Source of the DNA: an uncultured bacterium
Lineage (GTDB): Bacteria; Omnitrophota; Omnitrophia; Omnitrophales; Aquincolibacteriaceae
Length of the DNA stretch: 64,000 nucleotides
Direction: 5' to 3'
Assembly (NCBI GenBank): GCA_964434115.1
Contig: CAYSSX010000001.1
Location: 229,855-293,854, forward strand
Every line of letters begins with the position of its first letter. Within the stretch, counting starts at the first letter, position 1. The notes below the pieces were generated by a model. The model was not told the DNA's origin, did not search any database, and saw only the letters and a list, made by a program, of their open reading frames with translations. Shown piece by piece: positions 37,397 to 45,800 of the stretch. The translations under genes and the position numbers were made by a program.

Positions 37397-38010
37397 GAGT
37401 GGGCCTGCGTATTCGGAGTCCCAAAAAAACCGGGCGGAATGGAAATGGTCTTCACCCATTCGAAATCTTCCTTCTTCACTTCCACCTGAATGGCCCGGGG
37501 CAATCCGCGGTAAGGGTCATCCAGCCAAAAGCTTTCAAACTCATGGGCGCCCTCTTCCCCTTCATAAGGAAAACGGAAACTCACTTCCGAACCGTCGGTC
37601 AAAAGCACTTTCTCTTTGGGCCGGGGCTTTGAAAGCCGCGTGCTCAACTCCTCTTCTTCACGGATCAGGGTTTTTCCCTTCAGGTAATAATGAACCTCGG
37701 CCAGCCGGAAAACCGTTTCGCCATTTTTCGCGGCCCCGGGAAGAAGCGCGGGAAAACGGATTTCATCGGCTTTGCCTTCAAAGGGATGATCCCGCAGGAC
37801 CACCATGTTCCGCGCGTCTTCTTCAAGACGGAGGAAAAACAATTTCGAGGCGTTGAAATTCTTCTGGCTCAGCTCAATCCGGTGATAACAGCGGACGCCC
37901 TGAACAAAACCCGCGTAGAGCGCGAGACCCGCGATGCAGAAAAGCGTCATGGCCGTCACAAGCTCAAGCAAGAGATAGCCGCGCTGGGACTTCCTTTGGG
38001 TGAGGGTCAT
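37393..38010 (-). CDS. gspJ: T2SS minor pseudopilin J-like
   Basis: The prepilin-type N-terminus QRGYLLLELVTAMTLFCIAGLALYAGF is present. At 205 aa, the size and the position between gspI and gspK fit GspJ. Confidence 0.6.
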   Translation of the reverse strand: MTLTQRKSQRGYLLLELVTAMTLFCIAGLALYAGFVQGVRCYHRIELSQKNFNASKLFFLRLEEDARNMVVLRDHPFEGKADEIRFPALLPGAAKNGETVFRLAEVHYYLKGKTLIREEEELSTRLSKPRPKEKVLLTDGSEVSFRFPYEGEEGAHEFESFWLDDPYRGLPRAIQVEVKKEDFEWVKTISIPPGFFGTPNTQAHS

Positions 38011-38408
38011 GCGAAGAGCTCCTGGCCCAAAACCATGTCCGCTTTCCAGAAATCATAAGAGCCTTCTTCGGAAGAGTTCACTTCCAGGCGGTAGACAGGC
38101 GGAAGCGGCGGCATCCCCGGCTGCGCGTTTTCTGTTTCAGACTCCACGGCCAGACTGCTGTGCACCTGAAACGTTTTATCCTTGAATTCAGCCTTGCCTC
38201 CGGTTTCGAGCAAATCCTGACGGCTTCCGGTCTCGATTTCAAACAGCAGCTGCTCCATGGGAAGCACGGTTTCCGTAAAAGCCTCACTGCGTTCCGACAT
38301 TTTCAAAGCGCGCGCCATGCCGGCCAAAGCCGCGACCATGGCCACGGAAATAATCACAATGGCCACCAGCACTTCCACAAGGAAGAACCCGCGCTGGGCT
38401 TGGTTCAT
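38007..38408 (-). CDS. gspI: T2SS minor pseudopilin I
   Basis: The prepilin N-terminus is QRGFFLVEVLVAIVIISVAMVAAL. At 133 aa the size is typical of GspI. Confidence 0.65.
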   Translation of the reverse strand: MNQAQRGFFLVEVLVAIVIISVAMVAALAGMARALKMSERSEAFTETVLPMEQLLFEIETGSRQDLLETGGKAEFKDKTFQVHSSLAVESETENAQPGMPPLPPVYRLEVNSSEEGSYDFWKADMVLGQELFA

Positions 38409-38827
38409 GACTGGGCGGCCCCCGCATTGGTAATTTCATCACCGCTTCCGTCCTTGCCGTCCGGGCCAAGGGAATACAAGTCATACGAAGCGCTATTCAG
38501 GGTTCCCGGAAAACGGTACACATAAGGATTTCCCCAGGGATCTTTGGAAAGCCCCTTTTTCAGATAAGGCCCTTTCCACCGTTTCGCGTCGCCCGGCTTT
38601 TTCACAAGCGCTTCAAGCGAGTCCGGGTAACGGCCCACATCCACTTCGTAAAGGTCAAGCGCCACGCCAATACCGCCGTTGATGTCCGCGCCCGCGGCCT
38701 GAATACGCGCGTCTTCGGTCCGTCCCGCGAGACGCGGCAAAGCCAGACTGGCCAGAATGCCCAAAATCACAAGCACCACAAGAAGTTCAATCAAGGTAAA
38801 ACCGGATGTATTTCCCAAACGCCGCAT
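38405..38827 (-). CDS. gspG: T2SS major pseudopilin
   Basis: SGFTLIELLVVLVILGILASLALP is the prepilin cleavage/methylation site. GspG motifs are present: DPWGNPYVYRFPG and YDLYSLGPDGKDG. Confidence 0.9.
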   Translation of the reverse strand: MRRLGNTSGFTLIELLVVLVILGILASLALPRLAGRTEDARIQAAGADINGGIGVALDLYEVDVGRYPDSLEALVKKPGDAKRWKGPYLKKGLSKDPWGNPYVYRFPGTLNSASYDLYSLGPDGKDGSGDEITNAGAAQS

Positions 38828-38830
38828 TCC

Positions 38831-39961
38831 TCACCTCACAAGAGAATTAATTTCAAGAATAGGCAGAATCGCGCTGATCACAATCACGCCCACCACAACG
38901 CCCACGCCAAGAATCAGCAAAGGCTCCAGGATTTTTAAAAGAAAATGTACCTGCGACTCAAATTCGCGGCTGGCTTCACGGTGCACGTGTTCAAACGCTT
39001 CCGGAAGGCGTCCTGATTCCTGACCGGCCTGAATCAGCACCGACGCGGACTCCGGCATCCATTCAAACGGGCGCAGCGATTCGGCAAACCCATCCCCCTG
39101 AACAAGGCCATCTTTCAAAAGGCGCAGGTCTTTTTGAAAAAAAGACCAGGTCACGGTGCGCTGAATGGATTCGATGGTCTGCAAAACCGTGAGACCGCTT
39201 TTTAGTTCAAGGGCCATCAAGGAAGAGAAAACCGACAGCAGGTTCTTTTTCATCAGCGTTCCGATTAAGGGAGTGCGGAGAAGCCAAAGAGCGAGTTCAT
39301 CTTTCTTTTTCCGCGCGTAATAAATGCAGGGCGCGAGCAGGCAAACAAAAATCAAACCCGCGGGAACCATGTAATGGCTTGCGGCCATCACGAGTCTTGT
39401 CAGGGCCGGCAAAGCACTTCCGAAATCCTCATAAACAGTCGCGATTTTCGGAATCACAAATTTCAGCAGAACACAAAAGGTCACAAACCCCAGCACCATG
39501 ACAATCGAGGGATAGGCCGCGGCTTCAATGAGTTTGCGGCGCCGTTCTTCCTCGCGGTCAAGGTGGTCGGCCAGCATGCGGAGAATCGTGTCGAGTTTCC
39601 CCGAAGTTTCTCCGGCCCGGACCATTTCTGAAAAAAAAGACGGGAAAGAATCCGGCTCCTGCTGCAGCGCTTCGGAAAAACTGTGCCCCTGACGCACACT
39701 GCTTTCAAGCCTCAGCATCACGGCCGCCGCATTCGCCTTCTGCGCGGCTTCTTTGCGGAGCACGTGAAGGCAGCGGAGCAGCGGAATGCCCCCCTCAATC
39801 AGCGATGCCAGCGACGCGGCAAACAAACGCAGGTCTTTTCGTGAAAGATGGTCCTGCCCTTTGACCGCAGGCAGTTTCGGAAAACTGCGTTTAGGCAAAG
39901 GCGCTGCTTTAAGTTTCGCCTTGATCTCAGGATCAAAAAAATCAACGTCTTCAATCAGCAT
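38831..39961 (-). CDS. gspF: T2SS inner-membrane platform protein F
   Basis: Two GspF repeat domains and three TM segments are recognisable. I chose the start MLIEDVDFFDPEIK at 39961, which overlaps the gspD end by 11 nt. The track ORF to 40180 reads through the gspD 3' end. Confidence 0.85.
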   Translation of the reverse strand: MLIEDVDFFDPEIKAKLKAAPLPKRSFPKLPAVKGQDHLSRKDLRLFAASLASLIEGGIPLLRCLHVLRKEAAQKANAAAVMLRLESSVRQGHSFSEALQQEPDSFPSFFSEMVRAGETSGKLDTILRMLADHLDREEERRRKLIEAAAYPSIVMVLGFVTFCVLLKFVIPKIATVYEDFGSALPALTRLVMAASHYMVPAGLIFVCLLAPCIYYARKKKDELALWLLRTPLIGTLMKKNLLSVFSSLMALELKSGLTVLQTIESIQRTVTWSFFQKDLRLLKDGLVQGDGFAESLRPFEWMPESASVLIQAGQESGRLPEAFEHVHREASREFESQVHFLLKILEPLLILGVGVVVGVIVISAILPILEINSLVR

Positions 39962-41774
39962 GCGCGGCGACAGGCTCCTCTTCCAAGGGTTCTGAGGACT
40001 CCTCTGAAGGGTCTGAAACAACATACGGCCCGTAAGGGTCAAGAGGGTGCGAATAAAGATCAAACGGAACGTACTCCGGTATTTTAAGGCCCGAAACTTC
40101 CCAGTAGGGTTTGTCATCGATACGGAAGGGTCCGCCGCTGTGAATGTAAGCCTTATCGTAAATGTAACCGCCGACTTCATTGTGAATCAGCATTTTTCCC
40201 GCAGGGTCAAAATACTTTTTCACTTCCGGGGAAGTGACTTCCGGCGACAAAATGGTCGGGGTCAGAAAAATCACGAGTTCGGTTTTGGTGGCATCATGGG
40301 TCTTGGACGTGAAGGCGCGTCCCACCCACGGAATATTTCCCAGAATCGGAAGCTTGACCATGGTCTTTCCGTCAATGTCCTGAATCAGTCCGCCAATGAC
40401 CAGCGTGGTGCCGGATTTCAAGGTCACCGCGGTTTCCAGTTCCTGGGTTGTGACCACGGGAATAATCGTGCGGGTAAACGGCGTGTCTGAGCCATTGGCC
40501 ACCCCTTCAAGCGTGACAGGCGTGCCTGCTGTGGAAACCTCAGGTTTCACTTTCATGCGCACAAAGTCGTCCGCGGAAATCGTCGGCGTCACATGCAGCG
40601 TCACACCCACATCCACAAATTGCACCTGGTCCGCGGTGGTCGAGGTGTTCACGGACTGCACCACGGTCTGCGAAACAAAAGGCTGGCGTGTCGCGACTGA
40701 AAGCTTGGCCTCTTCATTATTAAGGACCGCAAGGCGCGGCGAGGAAAGCGTGTTGGTTTTCCCCATACTTTCGATCATCTGCAAAACCACCTGCAAATCA
40801 TCATTGCCGGAGCCAAGTGTGAGGGTCGATAAGGCCGCGCCCGTGGGGCCGGTCACAGGAAACGCCGCGGCGCCGACAATCGTATTCAGAGACCCGACTT
40901 TATCGGCCACAAGGTCCCAATCAATACCAAAACGGAAGTTATCCGAAAGCCGGACTTCGATAATCTTGGCCTCGATCAGCACCTGGGTCTGGCGGATATC
41001 AAAGGCCGTGATCATGTCTTCAATCTGCTGAACTCTTTCCACGGAATCGCGGACAAAAATCCGGTTGGACTTTTCATCGACCTCAAGGCTTCCGGAAGAA
41101 GGCTGAATGATTTTCTGAAGTTTGGCCCCGAGTTCATCCGCTTTCGCGTAACGAAGCTTGAACACCTTGCTCTCATAAGGCTGGTCCGCGCGCTGGATCA
41201 TCTGCTCCATGTCTTTCAGAATGTCCGTGGCTTCGGTAATAATGAGCGTGTTGGTGCGTGATTCCGGAACAATCTTTCCAAACGTGGATTTCATCTGCGT
41301 CAGCACCGGCACCAGGTTTTCCGCTTTGGTGTAGAGAAGGTCGTAACGCCGGGTTTCACGCGTGTCGCGGTAAGGCTTTCCGTAAAGGTCTTCGTATTCC
41401 TTTTTCGTGATGACCTTGATAATGCCGCGGTCTTCAACATACGCCAGTTCGGAAGTTTCAAGAATGGTCATCAGCGCGTCCATGACCTTGACTTCCTGCA
41501 GAAACAAAGACACCTGGCCCTGCACATTCTTGCCGGCCACGATATTAAGGCCTGAGCGCTTGGACAAGAGCTTCAGCACATCAAGAATGTTCACACCCTG
41601 CAGTTCCAGAGTGATCACCCCCCCGCCGCCCGCGGCCGTGGCATAAACATCTTCAGCCACGATGATGTTTGAAGGAACGAGGCAAAATACGGTCAAAACA
41701 AAGGCCGCGGTCCAGCGCAGGCGGACCATTCGTTTGTGGAGCGACAAAAGATCCAAGAGAGACGAGCGATTCAT
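39951..41774 (-). CDS. gspD: T2SS secretin
   Basis: A signal/TM N-terminus is followed by N0-N3 domains. The secretin domain is present (VIGGLIQD...KLPILGNIPWVGRAF...ELVIFLTPTIL). Confidence 0.9.
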   Translation of the reverse strand: MNRSSLLDLLSLHKRMVRLRWTAAFVLTVFCLVPSNIIVAEDVYATAAGGGGVITLELQGVNILDVLKLLSKRSGLNIVAGKNVQGQVSLFLQEVKVMDALMTILETSELAYVEDRGIIKVITKKEYEDLYGKPYRDTRETRRYDLLYTKAENLVPVLTQMKSTFGKIVPESRTNTLIITEATDILKDMEQMIQRADQPYESKVFKLRYAKADELGAKLQKIIQPSSGSLEVDEKSNRIFVRDSVERVQQIEDMITAFDIRQTQVLIEAKIIEVRLSDNFRFGIDWDLVADKVGSLNTIVGAAAFPVTGPTGAALSTLTLGSGNDDLQVVLQMIESMGKTNTLSSPRLAVLNNEEAKLSVATRQPFVSQTVVQSVNTSTTADQVQFVDVGVTLHVTPTISADDFVRMKVKPEVSTAGTPVTLEGVANGSDTPFTRTIIPVVTTQELETAVTLKSGTTLVIGGLIQDIDGKTMVKLPILGNIPWVGRAFTSKTHDATKTELVIFLTPTILSPEVTSPEVKKYFDPAGKMLIHNEVGGYIYDKAYIHSGGPFRIDDKPYWEVSGLKIPEYVPFDLYSHPLDPYGPYVVSDPSEESSEPLEEEPVAAHAD

Positions 41775-41788
41775 GGGACAGTTTTCCT

Positions 41789-42271
41789 TTAAGATTCGAT
41801 TTTTAAAACTTGTTCTTCCCCGAGATATTCGAGGACAATATTGCCTTCCTGAATGGCCTTCACCCGCACTTCACCCATCGGGTCGCCGACTTTCAGGAAC
41901 AAGGTCTTCTGACTGCGGGCATCTTCGACAAGCGCTTCCGGCTCACCGGACAGCATGACACCCTTTAAACGGAAATCGCGGATCAATTCCGACATCGCGG
42001 TTTGCTGAACCGGCGCCGCGGTCTGTTCAGTTTGAAAACCAAAAACCGGAGTTTGAAAAACCGCGTTGTACGCATCCAGCGGTTCTGCTGCAGCGGGGCT
42101 GGCATTGCCGCTTTCGGAAGAGCCAGAGGGTTTGGGAGAAACGCGGGAGTAATTCCCCGCTTTCCACATCTCTACGGGAATTAAAAGAAGGGCCAGGCCG
42201 CAGGCATAGAGCAGGTAGCGGCGAAGCAATTTCAAATCCACAGGAATTTCTTGAAGGGAAAAAAGTTTCAT
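41789..42271 (-). CDS. gspC: GspC/PilP-like secretin-interacting inner-membrane protein
   Basis: At 160 aa it has an N-terminal TM helix and a C-terminal beta-rich domain. It lies immediately upstream of gspD. At 160 aa it is short for a typical T2SS GspC (around 280 aa). Confidence 0.45.
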   Translation of the reverse strand: MKLFSLQEIPVDLKLLRRYLLYACGLALLLIPVEMWKAGNYSRVSPKPSGSSESGNASPAAAEPLDAYNAVFQTPVFGFQTEQTAAPVQQTAMSELIRDFRLKGVMLSGEPEALVEDARSQKTLFLKVGDPMGEVRVKAIQEGNIVLEYLGEEQVLKIES

Positions 42272-42480
42272 CGTCTGGAATCGATTCTTTTAAGAATTTC
42301 GGGATGGCGGATAAGATCCATCACCGATTCCCCTGAAAACCGCCATTGTCTTCCGATTTTGGCCCCGGGAATAATGCCCTGATTGGCGAGACGAAGAATG
42401 GTCATTTCAGAAAGTTTCAGAAAATCCGCGACTTCTTTAACGGTCAGTACGGCTGGAATTGCCTTAACAGCAGTCTTCAT
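42268..42480 (-). CDS. excisionase-family (MerR-superfamily) helix-turn-helix DNA-binding protein, first gene of the T2SS operon
   Basis: LTVKEVADFLKLSEMTILRLANQGIIPGAKIGRQWRF matches the Xis/AlpA-type HTH_17 consensus. Its stop overlaps the gspC start by 4 nt. Confidence 0.7.
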   Translation of the reverse strand: MKTAVKAIPAVLTVKEVADFLKLSEMTILRLANQGIIPGAKIGRQWRFSGESVMDLIRHPEILKRIDSRR

Positions 42481-42671
42481 AGAGTGTCATGAGCCCCAGA
42501 AAATTAACATAAACCAACTTAAGCCACAAGAAACTTCAAAAAAAACGCCCTTTTTCAAGGGATTGGGGCATTAGTTACCAATTTCCGTGCCAATTCCGGG
42601 GAATGTTCAAACATGCTTAGTCAGGTATCAAAGAACAAGTGATCCAGAGATGCACCAGCGCCCGCTCGAGT

Positions 42672-42710
42672 GGTACCGGGTACCATTTGAGGCTTTTGGT
42701 ACCTGGTACC
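42672..42710. promoter_or_regulatory. pair of 13-bp perfect palindromes GGTACCgGGTACC / GGTACCtGGTACC, 13 bp apart, in the T2SS operon promoter region
   Basis: The palindromes are at 42672-42684 and 42698-42710. They lie about 190 bp upstream of the HTH gene start in a 360-bp intergenic region. Confidence 0.4.
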
Positions 42711-42839
42711 ATTGCCGGACGTTTACTTTTTTAGACACTTTTTGAGGGCGGTAAGAAAACCATCCACACGGATGTATTCTTAAGAGGAGAGAGCTTCTAA
42801 CCGGGCTTTATAACTTCTTGGAAGGGATACCGGCTCGTA

Positions 42840-45800
42840 TTACGCTGAGGCCGCGACAAGGCGGATGATTTGCCATTGCAGGGCGAGTTCAAGCGACTTG
42901 GCCTGCAAGATAAAGACATTGGGGCGGTTGCCGCCAAAAAGATTTTCAGTACCTGGAAGCGCAAGCGCCCGGATGAGGTCCGCTTCAAGAAGCTGCCGCT
43001 CGACCTCCCCGCCTTTGAGCATCCGCGCGAGCAGGCTCGTAAGGTTCGGCACAACTTCCCGAATCAGGAAATCATCAATCTGGGTATCGGTGACAGTCTC
43101 CATGCCTCCAAGCGACATGACATGATAGGACTCATCAAACGCCGAGGTGTCTTTCTGCTCCCCTAAAACACCCACGGCAAGGTTGGGGTAGACAAGACTG
43201 GGCCGCCGGAAAAAAGTATCGGAAACACTTCGAAAAATCCGGAAGAGTTCACGGAAAGGTTTGACATCCATTTGACCTGAGGATAGCACGATTTCATCCA
43301 CACCATTATCATGAAACCGGCCGGCAGCTTCCCTCGACAAGCGCGGATTAAGCCCCTCGGGAATGATTAAGCCCGAAGCCAGATGTTCATCGGATGCCGC
43401 AAGAGGTGCCGCCCGATAAGAATCAGCCATACTTTGTAGATTTGTGCGAAACCGGCTTTGCAGCAAGCCCAAGACCTGCTGTGTGGCTTGCTGAAGAAGA
43501 CCTTCCAGCCTCGCATTCCCGGCCACTTCCCGAAAGACTTGCTCAATAGCTTCAACACCCGCATTTTGAATAACTCCCGCGGATGTGCGCAGCACATCAT
43601 CCCCAACATCCGCCATACCCACCATCTGTAAATAGAACGCTGTGGCCGCGAATTTCAAAGCAGCCTCGCCGGAAGCGCTTTGAATCCAGGTTTGCAAATC
43701 CTCAGATTGATTATTGTCCACGGCCAGCTGAGCGGGCGCCTGATCACGAAGCTCTGCGCGCGAGGCAGGACCCATGGCTTTCCAAAAGTTTTCGAGGAAT
43801 TGGGCTTGCTCTTCGGGAGTTTTAAAAATAGGCGCGCGCCGGTCCTGCGCCGCGGCGGCTCCTTCCCCTTTCGCGTTCGTGGGCCAGAGGCGTCCAAAAT
43901 CAAACTGGTTGAGTCCTTCCCCGTAAACTTTCTGCGTCACAGCCTCGCCAAAAAGTTCATTCAGCCAGGCGCGGTTGGCATTGTTGGCATAAACAGCGAT
44001 ACTGGTTGAGCCGAAGAAAAACTGTTTCCAGTTGTCTTCAAACGATACGCTCGTCTCCCGGACCGTCCCCTCAGCCGTAATACCCGAATTGTCGAACGTG
44101 TGATCTTCAAGCAGCATGCCCATGGACCAGGCACGGTACATCAGACGCTTCCACTGACTGATGATAAGCGTCAAATCGCTCTCGACACGGCTGACCGTTT
44201 CCTGGTCGCCCGAGGCTTCAGCGCTCGTCCATTCTTCCTTTAACGCGAGAATATGTTCCTTGACCGAAAAAGCCAAGACCTGAACCACCCACGGATGTTC
44301 CGTGTCCCGGTCATAATCTTCCGGCAGCTGCAGGTGGTGCTGCTCGCTTTCTTCAAAGGTCACAAGCGTGTAGGGCGCAAAAATACGGTCCCCGATCTGC
44401 ATAGCCTGGTTTAAATGTTCAAAGTGAACGGGAAACGTCTGGCCGCGCAGCCCCGCCTTTAAAGCAAAATCCGCCTGGTTGTGATCGTAAGTAATGAAAT
44501 GATACCCTTCGTTTCCATAATCAAAACCTTGGGTAAAAACAACCGTTCGTTTTGCTTTAAATTGACGGTGCAGCTCTGAAAGCCTCGCGCGGTCGGCCTC
44601 TGCAATGGGCGCGAACGCAAAGTCGAGAAGCTCTTGAAGCTTTGCTTCCGCGAATTCTGACAGAACGGGATCGACCGGATGTTCCGGTGTGGGCCTGCGT
44701 TGAATCAAGTCACGCAGATTCAAAAGTTTTTCTTTGATCTCAAGACCTTCCTTCACATAGCGGCCGCCCGCAGCAAATTCAGGTGTAAGCAGTTCCCTTT
44801 CAAAATGTCCAAGCTGCTCGTCACTCACAGTCAAACCGTAAAGGACATACTGATAAGCCTGATCGAGAAGTTTGGGCAGACGTTCCGGCGCGAGAAACCG
44901 GTCGCCGGCCAGCGTGAGTTCTTTTTTCTTCAACTGTTCTACCCAGGGCCTGGTCGCTTTCAGCAGATAACGGTCTTTAGCTTTGTCATACTCCAGCCAG
45001 AACTTCGAAATGGACCACTCCCGGCCTTCTTCCAGGATGTAGCTGAAGTCGCGCTCTCCCGTAGGGTGCAGTTTAATGGGGGTGATCGGCTTCTGAAGTT
45101 TCTTTTCTGCAACTCTGACAAGTTCTTTGAATCGCTCCTCAGCGGCCATAAGATCGTCAAACTTGTCTCCGTAAATAGCCGCTCCGGGTACCGCGATGTC
45201 CAATTCCGAAAGAGTGGGCAGCTGATCTTCCGTAATAAACGCAAAAGCCAAAGCGCGAACAGCGCCTCCAAAGATGCGGACATCCAGACTCCTCTCGGGA
45301 TGTTCTTTGTCCTGCATGGCCTCAAACAGAAGCGGAATTTGCGGCAGTCTTTTATCCACTTGCTCTTTGGACAGGGGCAGCACAAAGGCTTCTCCCTGCG
45401 GCGGAATAAAAGGCGCTTCCAGAGGATTTTCAGAGTCAAGGTCATTGCCTCGCAGCTCTGAACGGGCGATTTCACTTGAGCCGGGTGGAGCTGCCTGTGA
45501 AACCAAGGCGCGCGCCGCATGAATCCGGTTCATCGTTGACGGAAGAATTCCCGCCTGGGTCCACTGATCAGCCAGCACAAGACCCGCGCCTTTAGCCTGA
45601 ATCCCGGACGGCTGGACAAGGCTCAGAATATTGGGCACTGTCAGGCGTCCGGCAGCCTGAAGATCGCGTACACTTGAGATAAAGCGGTCCACCTTTGCGG
45701 CATTGCCAGCATCATCCAATACAGCACTTCCGGAAGAACGCGGCGTGATCTCGTCGATAAACCGGGTGTATTGCCCGGATTGGGCGATCATGCCCTGATC

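Noticed and set aside
42797-43054. 85-aa minus-strand ORF overlapping the 3' end of the 1563-aa gene, and the 115-aa ORF at 25813-26160 inside the 2139-aa gene
   Set aside because: They are alternative frames of long, well-supported genes with no motif content. I treat them as spurious.
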